Positions 11,095-22,600 of a stretch of DNA of 44,761 bases are shown here, piece after piece. Origin of the DNA: Intoshia linei (taxonomy: Eukaryota; Animalia; Orthonectida); NCBI GenBank assembly GCA_001642005.1, contig LWCA01000172.1, positions 1-44,761 of the forward strand. Direction: 5' to 3'. The position numbers and the translations under genes are program-made. Numbering within the stretch: position 1 is the stretch's first letter; every line of letters starts with the position of its first letter. Under the pieces are notes generated by a model. It did not search any database and had not been told where the DNA came from. It was given only the letters and a program-made list of their open reading frames with translations.

Positions 11095-12442
11095 TAAAAA
11101 TTAATAATTAATTAATTATTTTTCTGAATGAGTGAAATTACATAATTGATATTTTTATTATCAACAAAAAGATTAGATATAAGACATAATTTCATCTTGT
11201 TAATACTTATTAAGACTCAGAAAATAGACGAATTAAATAGTAGTGGAAAACTTTTACATAACGATTGACAATTGATCACTTGCATTGCATAATTGGTACA
11301 TGCATTTTTATTTATTTGTACTTATTTTTATTTACATGATATGTTATGTTAATATGCCAGTAAAGGTTTAAAGTTTTTACACCGAGTTTAACTTAAACTT
11401 TGTTCGGTTCAGTGTCAATCTTTCTGAAATTGAAAAAGGTGACATCTTCAACGATAATGATACGTTATATAGGTATGATCAGTGATCACCAATTATTTAA
11501 TGTCAAGTATGATTGTAATGAGCTTTTAATTTCCCATAAAATGAGACCATTCTTAAGTAGATCTATTTCAGAGTGTGCGCTAGAGTTGTATACAGTTAGC
11601 ATTAATTACTTAAAATTGAAATTGTGACAATATTGACTTTTCGTAGCTAACAAATGCAATTTAGTTATAGAATAATACATGTAGTTAAATTTTTTTAAAG
11701 TTGCAAAGTTGAGTTATAATTAAAATATATATCCACTTGTAAAAAAACATTTAAAATGAAACTTGTGTATATTAATTAAAACTGCATCATAATTATCATG
11801 AAATATTAACATTTAGAAATTGTAACCTTTTTAATCCTTCAACCCAATTAAAAAATAAAATTATTCGACAATGATAGTAATACAACAGGAGCAATTTTAC
11901 ATGTCATTTCAAATTGTATGATTCAAACGTAATTTTCAAATAAATGTAATGCTGTTTCAATTTTTAATGAATGCATGATATATAATTGAAAAATTACGCA
12001 TTTGTATAATGTAAATGTTACATATTGGAGGAAATTAATTCTTGATGGGAGGTACTGCGCCGTAAATATAGTTTAAATTTCTGTCTAAAGTCCACCATGT
12101 GTTAAAAACATTTTAGAAGTTGAAAATAAATATTGACATTTTTAAAATTGGTTTTTATTTGTTTTAATTCTTAAAAACCAGTTTTGCATCGTATTTTATA
12201 CAAAGCTCTAAAAAATGAGAACAAACGTGCGGGATGTATTGTTTACAGAAATTTACCTGTGTTACAATTTATTATAATATCAAATCGATTTTATAATGTC
12301 AATGCAGCTACCAAGCATATCAACAAAAATTTGTTCTTTTGTTTTGTTGAGCAAGTTTAATTATTAAAGTTTCTAGACGCTCTGCTCTGATTTTATAAAT
12401 AATTGTAAAATTACTTTTTTCGTAAATATTCCATATTTAAGT

Positions 12443-15400
12443 ATGAAGGAAAAATCACCAGATCAGGTATAATTATAAACGTTATTTAAAGTAAAATGAA
12501 AAGGTATAATTTTCATTTAAATAGAATATCGATTTAATGATTTATCTAATAAAAGAAGGAACGTGTGAGCATTACAATGAAATAAAGTATCATAATATTA
12601 AAGATAATTTACGGCCCATCGGATTTGTCATGTAATTTTATTTACTGTTAATAACATAATTAATCAACAATATTTTATCATTTCATTTTTTAGAACTAAT
12701 CCATCTTCACATTTGTATAAAATTAGAGAAGATATTAAAGAACAACTGTGCGACGAAGAAAATCTTCCATCTGAATTCGTTTTTCTTAAGATTATTGGAA
12801 ATAACATTATTCGTGTAATTTTATATTTATTATACTTTTTTTTTGTTTTTTTGAATGAGTTACTATCTATTCATTTTTATAATCGATTATGATTTTAATA
12901 ATTCTTGATATATCTTTTTCAATTGTTGATTCAATTTATAAGAGATAACATTTTATTTTTTCGTATTTGATACTAATCAATAATACTAATAGTAGGTACG
13001 TTGTACTTGCAATAATATTACTTTTATTCAACTAGTCAAATTATTACATCCAATTTTAATATTTACCATTTTTTGTACGCTTTGTGTCAAAATTTCTTAA
13101 ATTCTACGAGTAAATTCAATTTTTGCATTATTCCACATAATTGGAAAGTGCACCAATCTACCATTATAATTTTAAAATTTCTAATTACACTGTAATTTAC
13201 ACATTGTAATTCTGATACTGTCAAAACTAGAGTTTTGAAAAGCTCCATGGTCGGTCAGTGCTCCCAGTTAAATATTGATAAACTAAAGAAATTATTATAA
13301 TTTACATTTATTATAATTTGACTCTTTTGCTCATATCATTTTGCTAATATTAAATTAATCTAGATAAGAGGAAAACAAGAATTTCAATTAACAGCAAAAA
13401 ATTTTTGTCGGCCATATGTAATATTATAAATTTTATTATTTTATTTTATTCATAAGGGTTTTAACAAAATTTTTTTTTATCTGAGCACACTATATACAAA
13501 ATGAGCCCGCTTAATTTTCTGCAGAATGATATTAATATTTTTAATTTTTATCAAAAAATAATGTACATTCTACAACGTACAAAATACAAAGTAGCAATTC
13601 AACTTTTGTAAAAAGTACTAAGTTTTACTGAGTACTGAGTTATTTAATGAGTACTTAGGTTTACTTTTACTGAATTATTGGATTTTTTTGTTTTACAGTT
13701 TTAAAACTCAGCAACCTTATGTACATTTTATTTCAATGTATGTATCATTATATACAACGAACCCTGTATATAGTGAACACTAACTTTGAAAAAATATCCA
13801 TGTTCATTATACAGTTTATAGTGAACAATGTTCACTGAACATTAGATTCTCTTTTAAAATGTATTACTGCGATGATTTTTTTAAGTTTCATAAAACTAAC
13901 TGCCCGTTAAAAAGGGGCATATGACAGAGTAAGATTATGGCCGCCTACCACAATTAATGTAATACCAATGTATTCATCATTTTAGAAAATTTCTGGATAT
14001 GGGTCCCAATTTTTTTTTAAACTTGTATGTAGGCCCTATATTGTAGGGTCTACTGTTGTTTCAATCCGAACTTATATAAAACTCTTTGTCTGTTTGTGTG
14101 CTATTGTTTATTTTACATTGTTTATAACTAAAAGTCCTAGAGTTTTAAAAATTCCACATTTCCATTACAGTTTTATCCGTGAATGAAAATAAGATAAATG
14201 TCAAACTCAGAAACTTACATATTACCGGTAAAAAATCCTAATTACAACTTAATTATGTTGACATTAACAGTAGACGCTATTCATAACAACATTATTCTAG
14301 TACAAAACGTTGAAAAATGATGTTTAATTGTAACATTTTCTATAGTAAATGTATAGAAAATCACTTCATCTTAGTACAGGGATGGGCAATTTTTTGTGAT
14401 AGCGGGCTGGATTGTTATATAAAATAGATGGGTGGACCGGACAAATAAATTTTAAGAATTTTTGGTTTGAATATATTTATTTTAAATTTTTATTATACAA
14501 AATAAAATTTACAGTTTTTATGACAAATGTCATTATATCGTTAAGTTTTATCGATTTTTCACATAATTCTTCTTGATGAATTATACAATGAAAGTTTTTT
14601 AGAGATATTGAAATGTCTTCATTTTTTAAATGTTATTGCATTAAATTTACAATTCATTTTTTTGAGCCTATCATAGATGGATCACCATCCGTAGTAAGCC
14701 CAACAAATTTACGTATGTTAAGATTTGCTTTTGAGATCATTTTCATTATTCCATCAAAGATGTCTCTTCCAGTGCAATTCCATTTCAATATTCAATTTTG
14801 ACAAATGAAGGATTCAAAAGTACCTCAACACTTATCATAAATTTTAAATAATTCATAATTAAATTTATAGATTTCATCTGATTCTTTTCAAAACAAAGAA
14901 TATATATATGCTATCATATCTAGCATATATATAGAAAAAGAATATGACTTTTTGCCATGCATCGATTGACCAACTATAGTGATCGGAGCAGAAGATTAAA
15001 CGGTGAGAAATTTTTTTCACAGAAAGCCTGGGTCTTTTGCTAACTGCATAACATTTTATTCCGTTTTCTATCAGCCTACTACGAACTGTGCCGTTGCTTG
15101 TATCTACGGTCCATTGTTTTTTCATTGGGATAAACTCATTTGAGGTTGAATTTGGTGTAATCTAATAAAATTTCTGTCGTCGCGGATATCAGATAACCTT
15201 CTTTGACCAGTTCTGCCACTTATTTCATTACTTTTATTTTCCCGGAGCCGTTTCAGGGTTTTAGAAATGGTTATATAGGGCCGACCCACTTGTTTGCCAA
15301 TTTCACGCAATGATTTTCTTTCTTCGTATAATTTTAACATTAAAATTTGTTCTTGATGATTTAATTCTCTGCTTTGAAAAGAATTAGATGAAATCTATCA

Positions 15401-18400
15401 ATTTAATTATGAATTATTTCAAATTTATGATGGTGTTGACGTACTTTTAAATCGTTTATTTCTCAAAATTGAATATAATTGTATTTTATTTTTATTCCAA
15501 TTAATTTAAAAATAAAGCAAAAACTGAATTTATTTTTTTATTATCTCAACCATATTCATAACTATAATGACCATAAAATTAAAATCAAAAATTATAATTA
15601 CATTTACTAATACATTGAAAAACATGCAAAATATTTAAAAATATTTTTAGTGTTGACTGAATTTTGAAATATATTATCAATAATAATATATAATACTGCA
15701 TATTATCGTATAACAACATTTTTTTGGTGTTGTAATGGAAAATGTTATGAATAGCGTCTACTTTTTTGTATCATTTTTTTGAAAATCAAACGAATCTTAT
15801 AGTTTAAAAAAATATACACTCTGATACAGATTTTAAAACCATGAACATTGTCATAAATTGAAGTTTTAAAAAGTAATATCTTCAGGGCCAAAGCTCAAAA
15901 TTTTTTTTTTTTAAAAAATGACAATTTATAGTTTTAGAGAAATATCGTTTTTTGACCATATTTTAAGGAGGTATAGGGAGTTTTTGACCAAAATTTAAAA
16001 AGAGTTTTTAGGGAATTTTTTTACTATATTGTAAAGAGGGGGTTTAAGGAAACCAATTTACTGTTTATCATTTTTTGGTAATTATATCATTAAAACAAAT
16101 ATAAAAATGATTGACTTTGTTGTTGTAGTTTTAGACAAAATTTTGTAGAAAGTATTTTAAATTTTTTGAAAAGGAGTATTTAAAAATTAAAAATTGTGTA
16201 GTAATGAAAAAAAACCAGCACAAATCAATTATATAGATTTCCAGTGGAAATCCCATATTTCTTTATTGGAAATGTGCAAACTTTCCATGTTTATTTTTTT
16301 GAGATTGTAGGAAGATTATTTTACTTTTTCATTTTTAATTTTAATTTGAAAAATGTTTGATAACATATTAAAAATTATTTTTCATCGGGATATTTAATAA
16401 TTTCCGGAAATTATATTTTTATTCTATATTATATATTATATTTTTATTATATATTATTTATATTTTATATTTTACGATTTCCCGGGATTTCCCGAAAAAA
16501 ATTGAGACATACCTGTATTTGATTTATGTTTGTTATTACTATGAAAATATGATTATATTATAATATTTAAAATTTACTATTTCAAAAATACCATTTCAAG
16601 CCTTCATGGAAAAATTGACTTACACTGATATTTTTTTCAAAAATCCGATTTTACGAAATCTTATCAAAAAAATTAACTTCATCAAACCACAAATTACTAA
16701 CGCTTAAGAGAATTATCCTGTTTTTCCAATATTATTTTGAAAAATATTATGATTTGTTACGAACTCCGAACGCTATCATCAAGATTGTTAAAATGAAAGG
16801 AAGCTCTTATGACCCAACCTACGTCAACACAAAATGAAAGGAATTTCTCTACTGCTTCTAATTTCGTTAAAAAACGTAGAACGCGTTTAAAAGACGTATC
16901 TATCAATATTATGTGTTTTTAAACACTTTTTCAAAACAATATAAAATAAATTTTTTTCTAATTAAATTTGTAAATTTCAATATAGATTCGTGTTATTTTA
17001 TTAATTAAATTTCTTTTTGTTTCTAAAATTAATTAAGGACTCTCAAAATTACTTCTATATTATATATGAATAAAACATTTTTATTTTTCCCGGGAAATTT
17101 AATTTTTAATTTCCCGGTTCTGGACTTTTGTCATTTCCCGGGAAATCACAATCACTAGTTTTGATCTTGCAGGACCCAATGTCTGAAAATTAAACTTGCC
17201 TAAAAGCATTACTCTCGAAATTTGTTTTATAAATTTGTTAGTTTTTTTAAATTCTAGGACAGTTAATTTTTCATTATGTTTTAATCTATTTTTTAAATTC
17301 AATTTTGTTTTTACAAAAAATAGCAAATCGTATATTTGACCCTGAAGGCCTTAATGTGTGAAAATTAAACTAACCTTAAAACATGGCTCTCGAAAAATCT
17401 TATTAGAAATTGCTTTTTTAAATAAACGGTAACACACAGACACACTCACAGAGCTTCAATTCTAGGAAGGTAATGTATGTATTTGCAACTACAAATTGTA
17501 TTGATAACATAAATATTGAAATATTTTAGACAGAAAATGCTGAATTATTTATAATTGAAGCGACACATTTGAATCGGAATAAAATTCCAATTTCAACCGA
17601 TAATGTAAGTGATATTCTTCAAAAATCTTTGTTGTCATCAGAATTAACAAATTTCAATGATATAACGACAAAGAATGAAATGCCTTCAGAATACGAAAAT
17701 GATTTTGAAGAAGAATCGGAATATAATTCTGACGATGAAATGAAAAATAGTTGCAACGAAATAAATGACATTGATACGAATGGAAAATATAATAAATATT
17801 TTAATAACGAAGAGATTTATAAAAATAAAAATTTGATTTCACAACGTGGAGATTGTCGATATAAAGAATATAAAAATTACGCTCCAAAAATATTTGAATT
17901 AGATGAAATGAATAATAATGGTTTGCCATATATTAATACAAATTGGTAACTTATTTATTAAAACTTTTTTAACTATTACAGTAGTATTTTGAATTATTAA
18001 TTAGTTTATTATAAATATAAATTTTTAGTAAAATGATAACAAAACAAAAACGTAAAAAAAATTTATATAAAAGTGAATACGATTCACCCCACATTGGTAA
18101 AATTATAAATTTAGATCATGGATACTGTAAATAATATTGTATTGTCTTTAAGTAGTTTAATTAGGAAGCATGGTTTACATTTTGATTTAATGTATTTTGA
18201 TCTAATTAAAATTTTAAAAAATTAAATTATTTAAATTCTATTCATAATTTTAATGAAGATTGATTGTAAGTTGCCAAATGGCAAACTTTGTCGTTTTTTT
18301 GTAAATAATACCAAAAAAGTTAAAATTAATATCGACTTGGTTGATTTTAACCAGTATCAGGCATGGATACAAAATTCATGTTGTAATTTTTATTCAAATT

Positions 18401-19617
18401 CCAACAATCATTCATGTTCATTTTAGACAACAAAAGTGCCAATATAGAATCGGTTAATAGAAATAAAAGCCCATACATGATACAGGATAAATTTAGACTA
18501 AGTAAGCTCATTATTTATTAAGAATGGTACGTGGGTTGATACGATCGTAGAATTGAGTATTATATTATATATTTTCACATAAAAACGGATCTCTTTTAAA
18601 AAGACCTAGCTAAAATTACGACGTATTTTACCTAGTACCGATTTCTGATCCCCTGATCGTTGATCAGGGGTCAATATGAAATTATAATTCAAAAAATTGA
18701 AAATTAAGATTAATTTTTGAAATTCTAGGAGAGGAACTCTGTGATGAATTGCAAAGAGTACGCCAGGAAAGAAAACGATTGGAAAATGAACGAGAATGCA
18801 TTCTACATAAAGCAAAAATGAAAACACCAAAATTCGAAAATAAGAATAAAAGCAACTATACAACCTTTTTAACACGTTTATTTTTAATATTAGATTCTGA
18901 TGTGTGGCAAAGACGATACCATACCCAATTTATTCGAACCAAAGAAATTGAAAATAACAATTCGATACTGCATAATGATTTAAAATCACTTCACTCCCAA
19001 ATAATGAATAATTTATCACAAATGGAGCCATCCAACGCCTATAGAAACATTACGCAACTTAGACCCAAAAACAACATTCAAGTAATTCTTTAAATTCTTG
19101 TATAAAGTTTAATAAATTAAAAGTTTATAATGTTAATCCAAATTAATGTTTAGATGAATATATTAAATCAAATTAATAAAACCGAAGAAGAAATTTGTGA
19201 CATTAAACAGAATATAGAAAATGTTAAACGTAAACTTCAAACAGAAACTCAGGTTTGCATATTACATACAATATAGTGTAAAATTAAGAAGTGGCTTGTA
19301 AAAGTTAATAATGACCATTAACACCTAACCATACATTGTATTAAATTCTAAATTTTAATGAAAAAATATTTTTATCGAATGCCAACCCTGTATAAATGAC
19401 TGGCCCGCTTAGTTTATTTTCAATAAAGTGTACATTATATATTTTAAAATTCATTTAGCTTCGGACTCGGGCTGATTTAGAACTAAAAGCCATCAAAAAT
19501 AACTTAACCGAAAAGAAAATTGAGTTAACATTATCTAGAAACAAAAATAAAGGATACATTGACAGTATGAAACATAATACAAAACCAAATACAAGTAGAC
19601 TTAGAATGTACAATTGA
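12443..19617 (+). CDS. SPATA1: Spermatogenesis-associated protein 1-like, multi-exon
   Basis: Exons from ATG 12443 give IDLMIYLIKEG...PIGFVI.TNPSSHLYKIREDIKEQL...FVFLKIIGNNIIRIRGKQEFQLTAKNFCRPY.TENAELFII, matching the SPATA1 N-terminus (FLFLKCIGNNL..VKEKQE...FAPPY...ELYLL). A C-terminal coiled coil with DVWQRRY matches SPATA1_C (DIWKKKY). Stop TGA at 19615-19617. Confidence 0.8.
14268..15763 (-). mobile_element. Internally deleted Tc1-like transposon with long TIRs (SPATA1 intron)
   Basis: Outer IR AGTAGACGCTATTCATAACA at 14269 and inverted at 15743-15762; inner ~115-bp IR at 14788-14901 and 15363-15477. Broken ORFs 15340-15122 and 15125-14874 encode the Tc1 HTH (SLREIGKQVGRPYITI...GRTGQRR) and ...KRPRLS...RLIFC...W...WQKVIF, which stops before the DDE core. 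Confidence 0.85.
14377..14787 (-). mobile_element. hAT (Buster/Charlie-like) transposase fragment with hAT-like end, nested in the left TIR of the Tc1 element
   Basis: Minus-strand 14782-14501 reads CTGRDIF...VGLTTDGDPSMIGSKK*...FHCIIHQEELC...VIKTVNFI (TTDG-x-P-S-M and HCIIHQ motifs) with in-frame stops. CAGGGATGGGCAA terminus near 14377. Confidence 0.8.
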
Positions 19618-19641
19618 CCCACCGTAATATTTATTAAATTA

Positions 19642-22600
19642 TTACATTGTCTTTATAATTTCGCTAATCTAAAATTTGTTTTAAAATTAAAAACATTCAA
19701 AGTTTAACTCTAAAATCGCATTCTGTATGTTTTTTAACAGTTTCAACTGATACACCTTCAGCTAGTTCCATCAAAGTGAGACCTTCTTTTTTGTCAACTT
19801 CAAATACGCACTAAATAAAAACGAAAATGCATTTAAAATAACAAACAATATCAAAAACATTACCAAATTGGTAATTATCAAGTCTACACATTTTTCGCCC
19901 GTCAGTGGTAATGAACAATTATTTAAAATTTTTGATTTTTCATTCTAATGTTAATTTATTAATTAAATAATCAACATTAAAGTGGATTGTATAATTATGA
20001 TATTCACCTTTGATGTATGCTCCATTGTAACAACAATTCTTGTTCCAGAGCTAGAACTTGAAACCAAATCCATGGCACCGCCCATTCCTTTTACAACTTT
20101 TTTCTAATTGCGTTTATATTAATAAAAAGGCTTTTAACATATTTATAAATTACTAGATTGACTGTTTTGTACTTTGTACAAACAGCACCTATATCCACGG
20201 AGGGCAGACTTTTTCAATTCTACCAAAAAAATTAAATCTTACATAAAAATGATATTATTCACTATCACCAATGGTTTCCAATTTGGGTCCCTGGACCCCT
20301 TAGGGGTCCGTGAGATTCAAATAAAATATGAAAAAAATTTTATCAATTTTTCTTTATTTTTACACAAGAATTTTTAATATTTATTACAGAATTGCCAGAT
20401 GTTTCGAATTTATCCCAAAGACTATACGACTGATACATTATTATTTCAAAAACCCCACTTTTATTCCATCATTAATAAAATTTACAGTGCCATAAGTGCT
20501 ACCATTTCAAACACAGAGGGAAAAATCGACTTTTACTTATATTTTTTTGAAATATCCAATTTTACCAACTCAACAACTATCACAAGGGAATAATACCTTT
20601 TTACCAATATTTTTTTCAAAAACACGAATTTACCAAATCTTATGAGAAAAAAACTGTAATTTTTTTAATAAATGATTTATATTTCATGTTTACTTTGCAA
20701 TCCCAAAAAATAAATATTTTGAAATGGGTGTCCTTAGTAAGGACCCCATTTGAACTATGAAGGACTCCTCACACTACTTGAACCGGCAACCACTACATAA
20801 ATTTTTAATTTAACTTTTTTAATTCTAACAAAAAAATAAAATCTTACATAAAAATGATATTATTCACTTTTACTAATCCTTTAAAGTTGTTGCTTTTAAG
20901 ATTTATTAAAATCTGATTTTTCCATAAATGTTTGGTAAAATTGGATTTTTTATTTTGTGTTTTGCATTAGGAAGTTGTTAGTTAATTTTTCTCATAAGGT
21001 TTGGTAGAATTGAATTTTTCCCTAAGGGATTGAAATGGTATTAATGGTGGGATAAAAGTGGAATTTTTTAAATAATAATGTAACGATTTGCGATAAATTA
21101 CCAAACATCTGGCAACACTGTAAAAAATGTTAAAAATCCTTACTTATATAATATGCTATGCAATATTTGTTTGTGTGTGTTACCGTTCATTTTAATAACT
21201 ACCAGTCTTAGAATTTTATAAGGTCCACACTTCAATTACTCTTTTTTCCGGGTGTTAGCAAAATAAATTTCAACCTCCCAAACTCACATCTTACGGATCA
21301 AAAACCCCAATTGTCCTTTTTATTCAATTTTCAACCATTCATTTTATTAAATTTTTTACCAATAATGTAATGAAATAATTTCTGAAAAAAATTGTAAATT
21401 GTTTTTTTGACCATGAAGGCTTAACTTTGTAATATTAAAACTTTTTATGTATTTTAACTGGAAAAAGCTGCATTAAAAAAACATAATTAGGGTTATTGTC
21501 TGGCAAGATGTAAGTTCCTGAGATTGACATTTACATTACTTTCTTCCCCGAAAAAATGTTACTTGGAATCTGTGTTTGTTAATATTTTAGAACTCTTAGT
21601 TATTGTAACAAACAACACACACAGACAGACAAAGAGTTTTGATATAAGTTAGGATTATAGTACAGGTATCATATAATTGGCAATGTCTCCGTATTTACTG
21701 ACTTGCATTGCTCCAAGCATAGACATGTGCATGTGACCTCTACAATATTTTATTTAAATTTACAAATGTTATCAAATCTTTAATACCCTCTAATCATACT
21801 GAACGATTCTTCACTACTAAAATATGATGCTCCCGGTATAACAGTAACGGTTTGTTTTCCAGCATTAATTACGTCTGCATCTACTTGATCTCGCCCCGGA
21901 AAATTTCCCTAAGTCTAATTAAATTGTTATACTTTTTAATTAAACCAGACCCAATATGCCATTCTCACTGTGTAATGTTACATGCACATCTTTTGGTATA
22001 AAATTACTAGCCAAATTTGGTATTCCAATTCCAAGATTAACTATTAAAAAAAATATTTTATATAACTAGCTTTTCTGTTATGTTATTGTACAAACAGTAC
22101 TTAGCATACCGAGAGGAACCTATATTTCTATATTTTAAATGTGTATACATTCAATTTTTATTTTTTTCGAAATTGTGGAATTAATATTTACATTTTTAAT
22201 TTTAATGTTTTAATTTCTAAAGCTATGTTATTTTTATTTTGAAATTTATGAACTTACTTATTATTATTATACATATTTATATCACAAAAATATTTTAATT
22301 ATTTCTACTACATAATAGATTCAAGTAACTAGAAATTTTTAACATTAGGAGGGTGTAGTTTATTTCAAGGAGTATTGTAAATATATTACCAATCATGTTA
22401 TCTTTAAATTCTTTCGCAGCTCGTTTTATTATGGTTAGTTTGGAAGGAGATATGGAAGAAGTATCTTGTGTTTTGTAAATTACTTTCTAATAAAAATTAT
22501 TTTGAATACTTATTATGTATCTAGATATCTGTAAATATATTGTTACTTCAATAATTTTTTCATATCTTTCTCCTTGAACTAATCTGTCTACGTATAATGA

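Noticed and set aside
20285-20309. GC-rich hairpin GGACCCCT-T-AGGGGTCC as a possible ncRNA
   Set aside because: It follows CAATGGTTTCCAA and fits the subterminal palindrome of a hAT-type MITE end.
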